Shown: in pieces, positions 17,944 through 26,390 of the stretch
Position numbering within the stretch: the first letter of the stretch is position 1
Layout: each line of letters begins with the position of its first letter
From: Syntrophaceae bacterium
GTDB lineage: Bacteria > Desulfobacterota > Syntrophia > Syntrophales > UBA5619
Length of the DNA stretch: 64,000 nucleotides
Reading direction: 5' to 3'
Assembly (NCBI GenBank): GCA_003141195.1
Contig: PLLC01000106.1
Coordinates: forward strand, 2,745 to 66,744
Position numbers and translations under genes: made by a program
Notes under the pieces: model-generated
Told to the model about the DNA's origin: nothing
What the model saw: the letters and a program-made list of their open reading frames with translations, nothing else
The model's database searches: none

Positions 17944-19437
17944 ATGGAAATTTTCATGCTGACGGCGGTGGGCATCACGGTGTCCGTCGCCCTGATGATC
18001 AATAAGAAGCGGGAGCCACTGCACCTCTCCTTCGCCGCCCTCTGCCTGGCCATCGCCTTCCACAAGGGGGGCGTCTTCTTCAACCCGTTCTTCCATTCCG
18101 GCGCCTGGCTTCTCGTCGAAGGTCTGGGGCTCCTTGCCATCCCCCCCCTCACGATCAAGTTCAGCCGGGACTTCTGTGAGGAGCAGACCCTGCTCCGGAA
18201 GCGGGACGTCCGCAACACGCTCCTGTTCAGCACCGGGTTCGCCGCGGTCCTCTTCACCCCCGTCGCGGGCTGGAAGTACCTGGGGACGTTCATGTACCTC
18301 TACGCGGACGCGGTTTTGCTCCTGTGCTATCTCTCCCTGATTGCCTATGCAAAAAAGAAAGCGGCGGGCGCGGAAAAGAAGCGCATCGTCTACCTCATCA
18401 TCGCCTGCACCGCGGCCATCGCCACCTACAGCATCCCGCCCCTGTTCAACCTGGTCGTCGCCGGCATGCTCTATTTCATCCTGATCATGATCACCCACCC
18501 CCATCTGACGGAGCTCCACGACATCATGACCCGTGCCTTGGTGATCCTGGTCGTCACCCTCTTCACGACCATCGTCTTCTACCTCGTCATCGGCTTCTTC
18601 GGAAAGGGGCCCGCGCCGCCGTTCACGCTCGTCTTCATGGTCTCCTTCCTCATCGTCATCGCCATCGGACCGTTCCAGGTTATCCTGAAACGGCTGCTCA
18701 CGACAATTTACCCCGAGATCAAGGACGTCTTCACCTCGCCCTATGACCTGGACGAGAAGTTGGAGAGGGAAAAGGCGCTCCTTCTGGAGAAGATGGCCCC
18801 CGTCCTCGCCCACGAGATCCGGAACCCCCTCGGTTCGATCAAGGGGGCCGCCCAGGTCCTCCGTTCGGAGGTGGAGGGAGAGGAGCAGCGGAAACTTCTC
18901 GACGTGATCACCGAGGAGGTGAACCGCCTGAACCGGGTTGTCTCGCAGTTTCTCGATTACGCCCGGCCCTACGCGCCGGAGCTCCGCCCGCGACCGATCA
19001 ACGCGGTCATCGAAAAGGCCATGGCCCTCATCGAGGCGGACAGAATTTCGGCCCGTATCCATATCCAGTTGGAGCTCCATCCTCATCTGCCGCCGGTCCC
19101 CATGGATCAGGAACAGATTCACCAGGTGATTCTGAACATCGCCCTCAACGCGATCGAGGCGATGCCGGAGGGCGGCATGCTGACCATCCGGACGTCGCGG
19201 ATCGAAAGCGACGCCGGCGACGCGGTGGGCATTTCCATCCGGGATACGGGTCTGGGAATTCGCCGCGAGGCGCTCAAACAGATCTTCACCCCCTTCTTCA
19301 CGACCAAGGAGCGGGGGGTCGGGCTGGGGCTGGCCGTCTGCCAGCGGATCATCCGGAACCACGGCGGGCGGATCCGGGTGAAGTCGATCCCCGGCCAGGG
19401 GACGATCTTCTACATCCGCCTCGAAACGGTGCGGTAG
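17944..19437 (+). CDS. Sensor histidine kinase with polytopic membrane N-terminal domain
   Basis: ORF 17794..19437, trimmed to the ATG at 17944 (MEIFMLTAVGITVSVAL...). About 7 hydrophobic segments with no large periplasmic loop. H-box LAHEIRNPLGSIKG; ATPase boxes NIALNAIEAM, IRDTGLGI, GVGLGLAVC. Confidence 0.85.
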   Translation: MEIFMLTAVGITVSVALMINKKREPLHLSFAALCLAIAFHKGGVFFNPFFHSGAWLLVEGLGLLAIPPLTIKFSRDFCEEQTLLRKRDVRNTLLFSTGFAAVLFTPVAGWKYLGTFMYLYADAVLLLCYLSLIAYAKKKAAGAEKKRIVYLIIACTAAIATYSIPPLFNLVVAGMLYFILIMITHPHLTELHDIMTRALVILVVTLFTTIVFYLVIGFFGKGPAPPFTLVFMVSFLIVIAIGPFQVILKRLLTTIYPEIKDVFTSPYDLDEKLEREKALLLEKMAPVLAHEIRNPLGSIKGAAQVLRSEVEGEEQRKLLDVITEEVNRLNRVVSQFLDYARPYAPELRPRPINAVIEKAMALIEADRISARIHIQLELHPHLPPVPMDQEQIHQVILNIALNAIEAMPEGGMLTIRTSRIESDAGDAVGISIRDTGLGIRREALKQIFTPFFTTKERGVGLGLAVCQRIIRNHGGRIRVKSIPGQGTIFYIRLETVR

Positions 19438-19481
19438 GAAGACGGAATTTGACGCTCTCGTAAAAAGTCGCAAAAAACATT

Positions 19482-19506
19482 GGGGACAGATTTGAAATCT
19501 GTCCCC
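19482..19506. repeat. 25-nt palindromic element GGGGACAGATTTGAAATCTGTCCCC (copy 4; central base G instead of C)
   Basis: Lies between the HK stop (19437) and the RR start. Followed by a partial extra half-copy, aaatctgttagagctgtccc (19507-19526). Confidence 0.9.
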
Positions 19507-19558
19507 AAATCTGTTAGAGCTGTCCCATCGACTTAAGATATACGAGGGATAGCAGAGA

Positions 19559-20986
19559 ATGGAAATCGCGCGGGAACGAAAGAAAAAGAACGGCACCGGC
19601 ATGAAGGCGGCGAAGATCCTCGTTGTGGACGACGAGCTGAATATGCGATTGGTCCTCAAAGCCATGCTGAAAAAGGAGGGTTATGAGGTGGTCACGGCCG
19701 CGGACGGCCTGGAGGCCCTGAAGATCCTCCGGGAGGAGAAGATCGCCGCCGTCGCCACGGACCTCAAGATGCCGGGGCTCGACGGCATGGGTCTCCTCGA
19801 CCGGATCATGCAGGACGATCCCTCCCTGCCCGTCATCATTCTCACCGCCCATGGCACCGTGGCAAACGCCGTAGACGCCCTGAAGAAGGGGGCCTTCGAT
19901 TACCTCACCAAACCCTTCGAACAGGATGAACTCAAGACGGTCATCCTGAAGGCGGTCAAGACCCGGCAACTCGGCGACCGCGACCTCTCGGCGGCGGCTG
20001 GCGATGCCGATCCCGACCGAATCGTCGGGGAGAGCTGCCGCATGGCCGAGATTCATGAGATCGTCCGGAAGGTCTCCCCCGCGATGACTACCGTACTCAT
20101 CACAGGGGAGACGGGGACGGGCAAGGAGCTGATCGCCCGCGCCATCCACCGGCACAGCGCCCGGAAAGAACAGCCCTTCATCAAGATCAACTGCGCCGCC
20201 ATTGCGGAGAACCTCGTGGAAAGCGAGCTCTTCGGATACGAAAAGGGGGCTTTCACCGGCGCCGTTGCCGCGAAACCGGGGAAGTTCGAGCTGGCCCACC
20301 GGGGAACCCTCTTCCTGGACGAGGTCGGGGAGATCCCGCGGGACATGCAGGCGAAGCTCCTCCAGGCAATCCAGGACCAGAGCTTCGAACGCGTCGGCGG
20401 CCTGAAGACGATCTCGGTGGATGTGCGTCTGATCGCCGCCACGAACCGAAATCTCGTGCAGGAGGTTCGGGAGGGAAAATTCCGTGAGGACTTCTTCTAC
20501 CGCCTGAACGTCTTCCCCATACAGGTCCCGGCGCTCCGGGAGCGGCCCGAGGACATTCTTCCCCTGGCGGACCATTTTCTCACGAAGTTCAACCGGAAGC
20601 TGGGCAGGCAGGTCAATGGTCTCGATCCGGAGGTCCGGGACTGCCTCCTCGCCTACCCTTGGCCGGGGAACATCCGGGAGCTGGAACACCTCATCGAACG
20701 GATGGTTCTGATGGCGGAGGAACCCCTCCTTACGATGGCGCTCGTCCCACCGGAGGTCGCGCAGGCCGCGCGGGAACCCCGCCCGGCAACGTCAGCTCTT
20801 GCGGAAACGTCCGGACGCGACGCGCTGAGAAGCCACATGGAGGAGATGGAAAAACAGATTATCGCCCGCTGCATCGAGGAGTGCGACGGCAACGTCACAC
20901 GAGCGGCCGAGCGGCTGGGGCTGAGCAGGAAGGGCCTCCAGCTCAAGATGATCAAGCACCGACTCCGGAAGCGGGAAGAGGGATAA
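19559..20986 (+). CDS. Sigma-54-dependent response regulator (NtrC family bEBP)
   Basis: Receiver domain (ILVVDDE...TDLKMPGLDG...LTKPF). AAA+ domain with Walker A GETGTGKE and the sigma-54 contact loop GAFTGA (YEKGAFTGAV). C-terminal HTH (NVTRAAERLGLSRKGLQLKM). Alternative start at ATG 19601 (MKAAKILVVDD). Confidence 0.9.
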   Translation: MEIARERKKKNGTGMKAAKILVVDDELNMRLVLKAMLKKEGYEVVTAADGLEALKILREEKIAAVATDLKMPGLDGMGLLDRIMQDDPSLPVIILTAHGTVANAVDALKKGAFDYLTKPFEQDELKTVILKAVKTRQLGDRDLSAAAGDADPDRIVGESCRMAEIHEIVRKVSPAMTTVLITGETGTGKELIARAIHRHSARKEQPFIKINCAAIAENLVESELFGYEKGAFTGAVAAKPGKFELAHRGTLFLDEVGEIPRDMQAKLLQAIQDQSFERVGGLKTISVDVRLIAATNRNLVQEVREGKFREDFFYRLNVFPIQVPALRERPEDILPLADHFLTKFNRKLGRQVNGLDPEVRDCLLAYPWPGNIRELEHLIERMVLMAEEPLLTMALVPPEVAQAAREPRPATSALAETSGRDALRSHMEEMEKQIIARCIEECDGNVTRAAERLGLSRKGLQLKMIKHRLRKREEG

Positions 20987-21266
20987 CATCCTTCCCGGGT
21001 TCGAGAGACGAATACCGTGATGCGGAGGGAGATCCCGGCATTCATCGGCAACCCTCCCTCCCATTGTTAAGAAGAAGGTACGGGCCAGAATGCGCAATGT
21101 AAATTCAAATCGAAAAAATGAAAATGGATCATTTACTTTCCAATATCAACATATTACATGGTGCTTATCTAACTTTAACCGGACAGCCGTGATTGTCAAC
21201 AATAAATTATGACCGTGTAAATCCCCCCGTTTGCTATTTGGACAGGAATGCTGTAAAGATACCCCC

Positions 21267-22682
21267 ATGAAGACGACGCCGGCCGAATATGCGGGAATTT
21301 ACCAGGGGATGGCGCTGATCGCCGATCCCATATACCGGTACGCCTCCTTCACCGTCCCCGCGGGGAACGGCGGCGAAAAAACCGAGAAGGACCTGATCGA
21401 CTCTCCCTGGGTGCAACGTCTCCGGCGGATTTACCAACTCCAGAGCGCCCGCTGGGTTTATCCGGCGGCCGAGCATACACGGTTTCAGCATTCCCTGGGA
21501 ACGATGCACATGGCGGGCGAGTTCGGCCGCCATCTCTACCCGTCCCTGAAGGAGGTCTGTCCGGACGCCCCCTCCCCGAACTGCGTGGAGGAGCTCCTCC
21601 GGGTGGCCGGTCTCCTCCATGACGTGGGTCACGGCCCCTACGGTCACTTCTTCGACGACCATTTTCTCGACGGCTACGGCATCACCCACGAAGACCTCGG
21701 CCGCCTGATCATCTGCCGGAAACTGGGCAGGGTGATCTCCCGGATCCGGCGGAGCCCGTCGGGACCCTTTGCCGAAGGCGAGACGCTGGATCCCGCTCAA
21801 GTGGCCTTCCTGATCCGGATGCCGGAGGAACGAGACGACGGCGCGCCCCGGTGGCTTCAACTGCTCCGCCAGCTCTTCTCGGGCACCTACACCGTCGATA
21901 ATCTGGACTACGTCCAGCGCGACGCCTTCATGACGGGGTTTTCTCTCGATATCGTGGACATCGTCCGGCTTCGCTTCTACACCTTCTTTACAAAGGAAGG
22001 CCTCACGCTTCACCAGGCGGGCGTCTCGGCGCTCAGCCGCTTTTTGAACGCGAGATTGAACCTCTATTCCAACGTTTATTTCCACCGGACGACGCGGGCG
22101 CTCGACCTCCACCTCCAGGAGATCTTCCGGGATACGATGGACATGATCCTGCCCTTGAATCCCGCCGAAGACCTGGATACGTACCTGGATTGCGACGAGT
22201 GGCAGCTCTTCTCGGAGGTCCGGTCGTGGCTGGACAGCGAAGATCCGCAGCGGCAGATGCTTGCGCGGGAGTGGGAAAAACTCCACCGCCGGGAGGTCAA
22301 GTGGAAGATGTCCTTCGCGGCGGAGCTCTCCATCGACCAGCTCCAGAAGGGGACCCGTTTTTCCGGCGCCGGGGATTACGAGGCCCGGATCCGCTCCTTT
22401 CTTCCCGGGGCGCTGAAGAACAAGGTCTTCCGCGTCGATCTGGCGACGCAGGACCCGCGACCGATCAACCCGATGGCGGAGACGGAAAAACGGGTGAACA
22501 TCTTCGACCCCGCGACGGGGACGACCTCCCCCGAGCCCCTCCGGGAGATCTACCGCTTCATCCCGGCCCGGGTTGTCCATCTCCGGGTCTTTTCCCTGAA
22601 CCACGACCACGACGACCTCCTCGCCCGCGCGGCGGAGCGCACCCTCGGCGCCGTGGACGGGGCTTCCCGAACCAACATTTGA
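21267..22682 (+). CDS. HD-domain phosphohydrolase (SAMHD1/dNTP triphosphohydrolase-like, COG1078 type)
   Basis: ORF 21231..22682, trimmed to the ATG at 21267. WVQRLRRIYQLQSARWVYPAAEHTRFQHSLGTMHMA...LLHDVGHGPYGHFFD...YTVDNLDYVQRDAFMTG. Confidence 0.8.
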   Translation: MKTTPAEYAGIYQGMALIADPIYRYASFTVPAGNGGEKTEKDLIDSPWVQRLRRIYQLQSARWVYPAAEHTRFQHSLGTMHMAGEFGRHLYPSLKEVCPDAPSPNCVEELLRVAGLLHDVGHGPYGHFFDDHFLDGYGITHEDLGRLIICRKLGRVISRIRRSPSGPFAEGETLDPAQVAFLIRMPEERDDGAPRWLQLLRQLFSGTYTVDNLDYVQRDAFMTGFSLDIVDIVRLRFYTFFTKEGLTLHQAGVSALSRFLNARLNLYSNVYFHRTTRALDLHLQEIFRDTMDMILPLNPAEDLDTYLDCDEWQLFSEVRSWLDSEDPQRQMLAREWEKLHRREVKWKMSFAAELSIDQLQKGTRFSGAGDYEARIRSFLPGALKNKVFRVDLATQDPRPINPMAETEKRVNIFDPATGTTSPEPLREIYRFIPARVVHLRVFSLNHDHDDLLARAAERTLGAVDGASRTNI

Positions 22683-22690
22683 ACCTGAAT

Positions 22691-24760
22691 ATGGCGACCG
22701 ATCCGGAAACCACCGACATCACGCTTTTCGTCCGGACCTCCGGCGAGGAGGCCGTCCGCTGGAACCGCCGGAGGATCGTCGAGGCCCTGATCCGCGAGAC
22801 GGGGATCGAAGAAGAGACCGCCGAGGCGATCAGCCGGGAGGTGGAAAAACAGATCGTCTCCTCCGGGATCAGCCTCCTCACGACGGCGCTCATCCGGGAA
22901 CTCGTGGATGCAAAGCTGATTGAGAGGGGGTTGGAACAGGCGCGTCGGCTCCACGCCCGCCTCGGTTTCCCCCTCTACGACGTCCGGCAGCTTATCTTCC
23001 ACCAGAACAAGGAAAACGCGAACGTTCCCCACGCCCCCGAGGGGACGAGCCTGGCCCTCGTCGAGGGGATCAAGCGGGAATATGCCCTCCACGACGTCTT
23101 CTCTCGGGAGATCGGAGACGCCCATGTCTCCGGCGATCTTCACCTCCACGGTCTGGGCTACATCGACCGGCCCTACAGCGCCTTCCAGTCGCTCGAGTAT
23201 CTCAAACGGTTCGGCCTGAAGCTCCCCCATTCCGTGACGGTTGCCGGGCCGGCGCGTCATGCGGAGGTCCTCCTTGCCCACATGGTCCGTTTCGGGGCCT
23301 CGCTCCAGGGACATTTCGCCGGCGTGATCGGCTGGGATTCGGTTAACCTCTCCTTCGCTCCCTATCTGACGGGGATGGGGGAGCGGGAGGTCGAGCAGTT
23401 CGCCCAGATGCTGATCTATGAATTTTCCCAGCTCACCTCCGCCCGCGGGGGGCAGGCGATCTTCACCGACATCCATCTTTCCTGGGAGGTCCCCCCTTCT
23501 CTGGCCGAGCTGCCCGTGGTCGGTCCCGGCGGAAGGCCCATCGGCCGGACCTTCCGGGAGTACGGGGAGGAAGCCCGGCGTTTTGCCCGGGCGCTCATGG
23601 CGGTTTACCGTCAGGGAGACGCCACCGAAAAGCCGTTCATCTTTCCGCGGCCGATTCTCCACATCACGAACGAATTCTTCCACACCCCCGGCAACGGGGA
23701 GTTTCTGGAGGAGGTCTGCGGCGTCGCCGCAGCGAAGGGGAATCCCTGCATCGTTCTGGATCGGGAGCAGGGCGCCCGCATCGCCTCCTGCGGCTGCATG
23801 GACCCGGAGGGTGAAGCGACGGGAGGAGGCGAGCCCTGGGAAAGGAGATGCGCGTCGATTCAGAACGTCACCCTCAACCTTCCCCGCCTCGGATACCGGG
23901 CTTGGGAAAGCGACGACGGCAAACTTTTTTCTCTGCTCGACGAGATGATGGGGCTCGCGGCCCAGGCCCACATCCAGAAACGCGGCTTCATCGAAAAACT
24001 GTTCTCCCTGGGCGACGCCGGACCGCTCGCCATGCTGGCGATGCAAAACGACGGGTCGCCCTATCTCGGGATGACGGAAGCGACGTATCTCATCGGGGTG
24101 ACGGGGCTCAACGAACTCGTCCAGATCCGCAAGGGACGGCAGCTTCACGAGTCGGAAGAGGCCCTGGCTTGGGGCCTTTCGGTCATCGGCCATATCCGGA
24201 AGGAGGCCGAAAGGCTCGGCGGTGTCCACGGGATGAAATTGATCCTGGAACAGACCCCCGCAGAGACGACCGCCTACCGTTTTGCCCGTCTCGACCTGAA
24301 GCAGTTCTCCCCGCTGCCGGGCCGTTACGTCCGGGGCGATCTTGCCAAGGGGGAGATCTACTACACCAATTCATCCCATCTGCACCCGGCGGCGCCGGTC
24401 GATCCGCTGACGCGGATCCGGATGGAGGGACGCTTCCACCCCTTCTTCCGGGGGGGAGCCGTAACCCACATCGAGCTGGGGGCCGCCGAGCCCCCGGCGG
24501 GCGTCCTGGCCGCCCTGGTCGTCCGGGCATTTCGCGAGACCCAGAGCAACCAGATCGTCTTTTCCCCCGAGTTCACCTCCTGCGCCGGCTGCGGCGCCAC
24601 CCTGCGGGGACTCTTGGAGAAATGCAGCCATTGCGGTTCCGCCGAGGTGGACGGCCTCGCCCGGATCACCCAGTATATGAGCTGGGTCTCCGGCTGGAAC
24701 CGGGGGAAGCGCGCCGAGCTCCGCGACCGTAACCGCAACAAGGACGCCTTTACCGTCTAA
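22691..24760 (+). CDS. Anaerobic ribonucleoside-triphosphate reductase (class III, NrdD) homolog lacking the glycyl-radical glycine
   Basis: ORF 22190..24760, trimmed to the ATG at 22691 (8 nt after the HD gene stop). N-terminal ATP-cone-like segment (RWNRRRIVEALIRETGI...). VTLNLPRLGY. C-terminal Zn ribbon CAGCG...CSHCGS. Tail ARITQYMSWVSGWNRGKRAELRDR, where canonical proteins have R-I/V-x-G-Y; the Gln codon CAG is at 24671-24673. Confidence 0.8.
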   Translation: MATDPETTDITLFVRTSGEEAVRWNRRRIVEALIRETGIEEETAEAISREVEKQIVSSGISLLTTALIRELVDAKLIERGLEQARRLHARLGFPLYDVRQLIFHQNKENANVPHAPEGTSLALVEGIKREYALHDVFSREIGDAHVSGDLHLHGLGYIDRPYSAFQSLEYLKRFGLKLPHSVTVAGPARHAEVLLAHMVRFGASLQGHFAGVIGWDSVNLSFAPYLTGMGEREVEQFAQMLIYEFSQLTSARGGQAIFTDIHLSWEVPPSLAELPVVGPGGRPIGRTFREYGEEARRFARALMAVYRQGDATEKPFIFPRPILHITNEFFHTPGNGEFLEEVCGVAAAKGNPCIVLDREQGARIASCGCMDPEGEATGGGEPWERRCASIQNVTLNLPRLGYRAWESDDGKLFSLLDEMMGLAAQAHIQKRGFIEKLFSLGDAGPLAMLAMQNDGSPYLGMTEATYLIGVTGLNELVQIRKGRQLHESEEALAWGLSVIGHIRKEAERLGGVHGMKLILEQTPAETTAYRFARLDLKQFSPLPGRYVRGDLAKGEIYYTNSSHLHPAAPVDPLTRIRMEGRFHPFFRGGAVTHIELGAAEPPAGVLAALVVRAFRETQSNQIVFSPEFTSCAGCGATLRGLLEKCSHCGSAEVDGLARITQYMSWVSGWNRGKRAELRDRNRNKDAFTV

Positions 24761-24897
24761 TCCCTTCCTTGCATCCTTTTGCAGTTCCTGAGGGGGGAGT
24801 ATCTATTCTTGATTGAAGAGGGATTACATCAAGATCCGGCTGATCTCTCGCCTTCACCTACAAGTCCACGACAGACGGTATCGAATTGAGGTGAGGA

Positions 24898-26364
24898 TTA
24901 CCGCTTATAATCAAGTCCTTCGAGCTTAAAACCTTTTTCCCGAAATAATCTTAGACAGGCATCTGCTACAGCATCGTCGTAACAGATTCCTCTATTCTTC
25001 TCGATTTCATTCAGAGCTGCATCAATGCCCAGGCCGGGACGATAAGGTCGGTGGGAAGCCATGGCTTCCATCACGTCGGCAACAGCAAGAATTCGGGCCT
25101 CTATGAGAATTTCTTCCCCCTTCAGGTGTCTTGGATAGCCGGACCCATCCATCCGCTCATGGTGCTGATAGACTATCTCCGCCAGCGGCCAGGGCGATTC
25201 CACATCCTTCAGCATCTCGAATCCTTTTTGGGCGTGTTCTTTAATCAATGAAAACTCAAGTTCGGACAGTTTTGTCGGCTTGGACAATATCTCCGCGGGT
25301 ATCGATAATTTCCCAATGTCATGGATGGAACCGGCCATCCGGATGCCCTCGATCTTTTCCGGGGAAAGTCCAATCTCCGTGGCAATGGCACGGGCAAGAT
25401 CCGCGGACCGGATCTGGTGACCGGCGGTGTAAGGATCTCTCGTTTCCACCGCGGACACCATAACCTGAATGGTCGTGTTCACTGCTTTCCTGAGATTTTC
25501 GATGGTACGTAGAAGTTCCTTATCCACCCGCTTGCGCGCCGTGATGTCCTTGCCCTCAGCAAGAATGCCCGTCGCCTTTCCCTGCTCGTCCCTGATGAAC
25601 TGTAATGAGCAGTCAAGCCAGATGGTATGGCCGCCTTTACAGTAGAACTCCAGCTCCCTTGACAGGATGCCATCGGGTTCTGAATTGCGTCCTTCCTTCT
25701 CAAGACGCATTAATTTTCCAAGCCAGTTCACTGCTTTTCCAAGCGACTCAGGTGTCAACTGCCTGTCCAAGGGCAGCGCAGATATTTCGTCCACGCTGAA
25801 TCCCCTTGCTTTCATGGCTGACGGGCTTAACCAGGTAACGTTCAGGTCCAGATCCATCATCCACACAATGTCCGTCATGTGCTCCGCCAGCAGGCTATAC
25901 TGTGCCGCGCTCTCCCCCAGTGCTTCCTCCGCCCGCTTGCGCTCGGTGACATCGCGAACAATGCCCCGGAAACCGGTCGGTTGCCCAACGGAATCCCTCA
26001 TCAGTGCAACTGACGTTTCCACATACAGTTTGCTCCCGTCCTTCTCTATTTGTTCATAATCCACTTTTGATGAGATGCCAGTCCGATAGACCTCATTAAA
26101 ATCACGAAAAATCTTTTTGGCGTTTTCTTTGTCCGTATATAGGCGGTAGTTCATGCCCATCATTTCTTCTTTGCTATAGCCGAGGATTTTAGACATGGAA
26201 GAATTAAAGAAAGTATAATTACCGGCCAAATCCACTTCATAATAGCCTTCTTGGATGTTTTCAAGGATGGTCCAGCCGCTTTCCTCACTCTCCTTTAAAG
26301 CCTGCTCCACCTTTCTGCGCTCTGATTCCGATCGCGCCTGATTTGTCTTGGATTGATCTTTCAT
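24898..26364 (-). CDS. PAS-domain HD-GYP phosphodiesterase (c-di-GMP)
   Basis: ORF 24898..26406, trimmed to the ATG at 26364. PAS repeats, then HD-GYP: GHQIRSADLA...GSIHDIGKLSIP...HHERMDGSGYPRHL. Confidence 0.85.
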   Translation of the reverse strand: MKDQSKTNQARSESERRKVEQALKESEESGWTILENIQEGYYEVDLAGNYTFFNSSMSKILGYSKEEMMGMNYRLYTDKENAKKIFRDFNEVYRTGISSKVDYEQIEKDGSKLYVETSVALMRDSVGQPTGFRGIVRDVTERKRAEEALGESAAQYSLLAEHMTDIVWMMDLDLNVTWLSPSAMKARGFSVDEISALPLDRQLTPESLGKAVNWLGKLMRLEKEGRNSEPDGILSRELEFYCKGGHTIWLDCSLQFIRDEQGKATGILAEGKDITARKRVDKELLRTIENLRKAVNTTIQVMVSAVETRDPYTAGHQIRSADLARAIATEIGLSPEKIEGIRMAGSIHDIGKLSIPAEILSKPTKLSELEFSLIKEHAQKGFEMLKDVESPWPLAEIVYQHHERMDGSGYPRHLKGEEILIEARILAVADVMEAMASHRPYRPGLGIDAALNEIEKNRGICYDDAVADACLRLFREKGFKLEGLDYKR

Positions 26365-26390
26365 CGCGTTGTCCCCTTTGTGATGAGAGG

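Noticed and set aside
289-19506. Whether the repeated 25-nt palindromes form a CRISPR array
   Set aside because: The copies are kilobases apart with no regular short spacers. They lie in unrelated intergenic gaps and no cas genes are present. They behave like REP-type dispersed hairpins.
17926-20689. Long minus-strand ORFs (579 aa and 391 aa) opposite the histidine kinase and sigma-54 regulator
   Set aside because: Both are antisense to genes with complete H-box, ATPase and GAFTGA motifs. Their translations are Asp/Glu/Arg/Gly-rich low complexity.
21100-21266. NrdR box or sigma-54 promoter upstream of the HD/nrdD-like operon
   Set aside because: Only a partial palindrome (AATAT-CAAC-ATATT) and a GG-N8-GC element (TTGGACAGGAATGC) are present. 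Neither fits the 16-bp NrdR box pair or the GG-N10-GC spacing. A weak TTGTCA-N17-TGTAAA sigma-70-like element is all I can see.
21234-24229. Minus-strand ORFs of 458 aa and 559 aa opposite the HD and NrdD-like genes
   Set aside because: Shadow ORFs. No motifs, and the sense strand is clearly coding.
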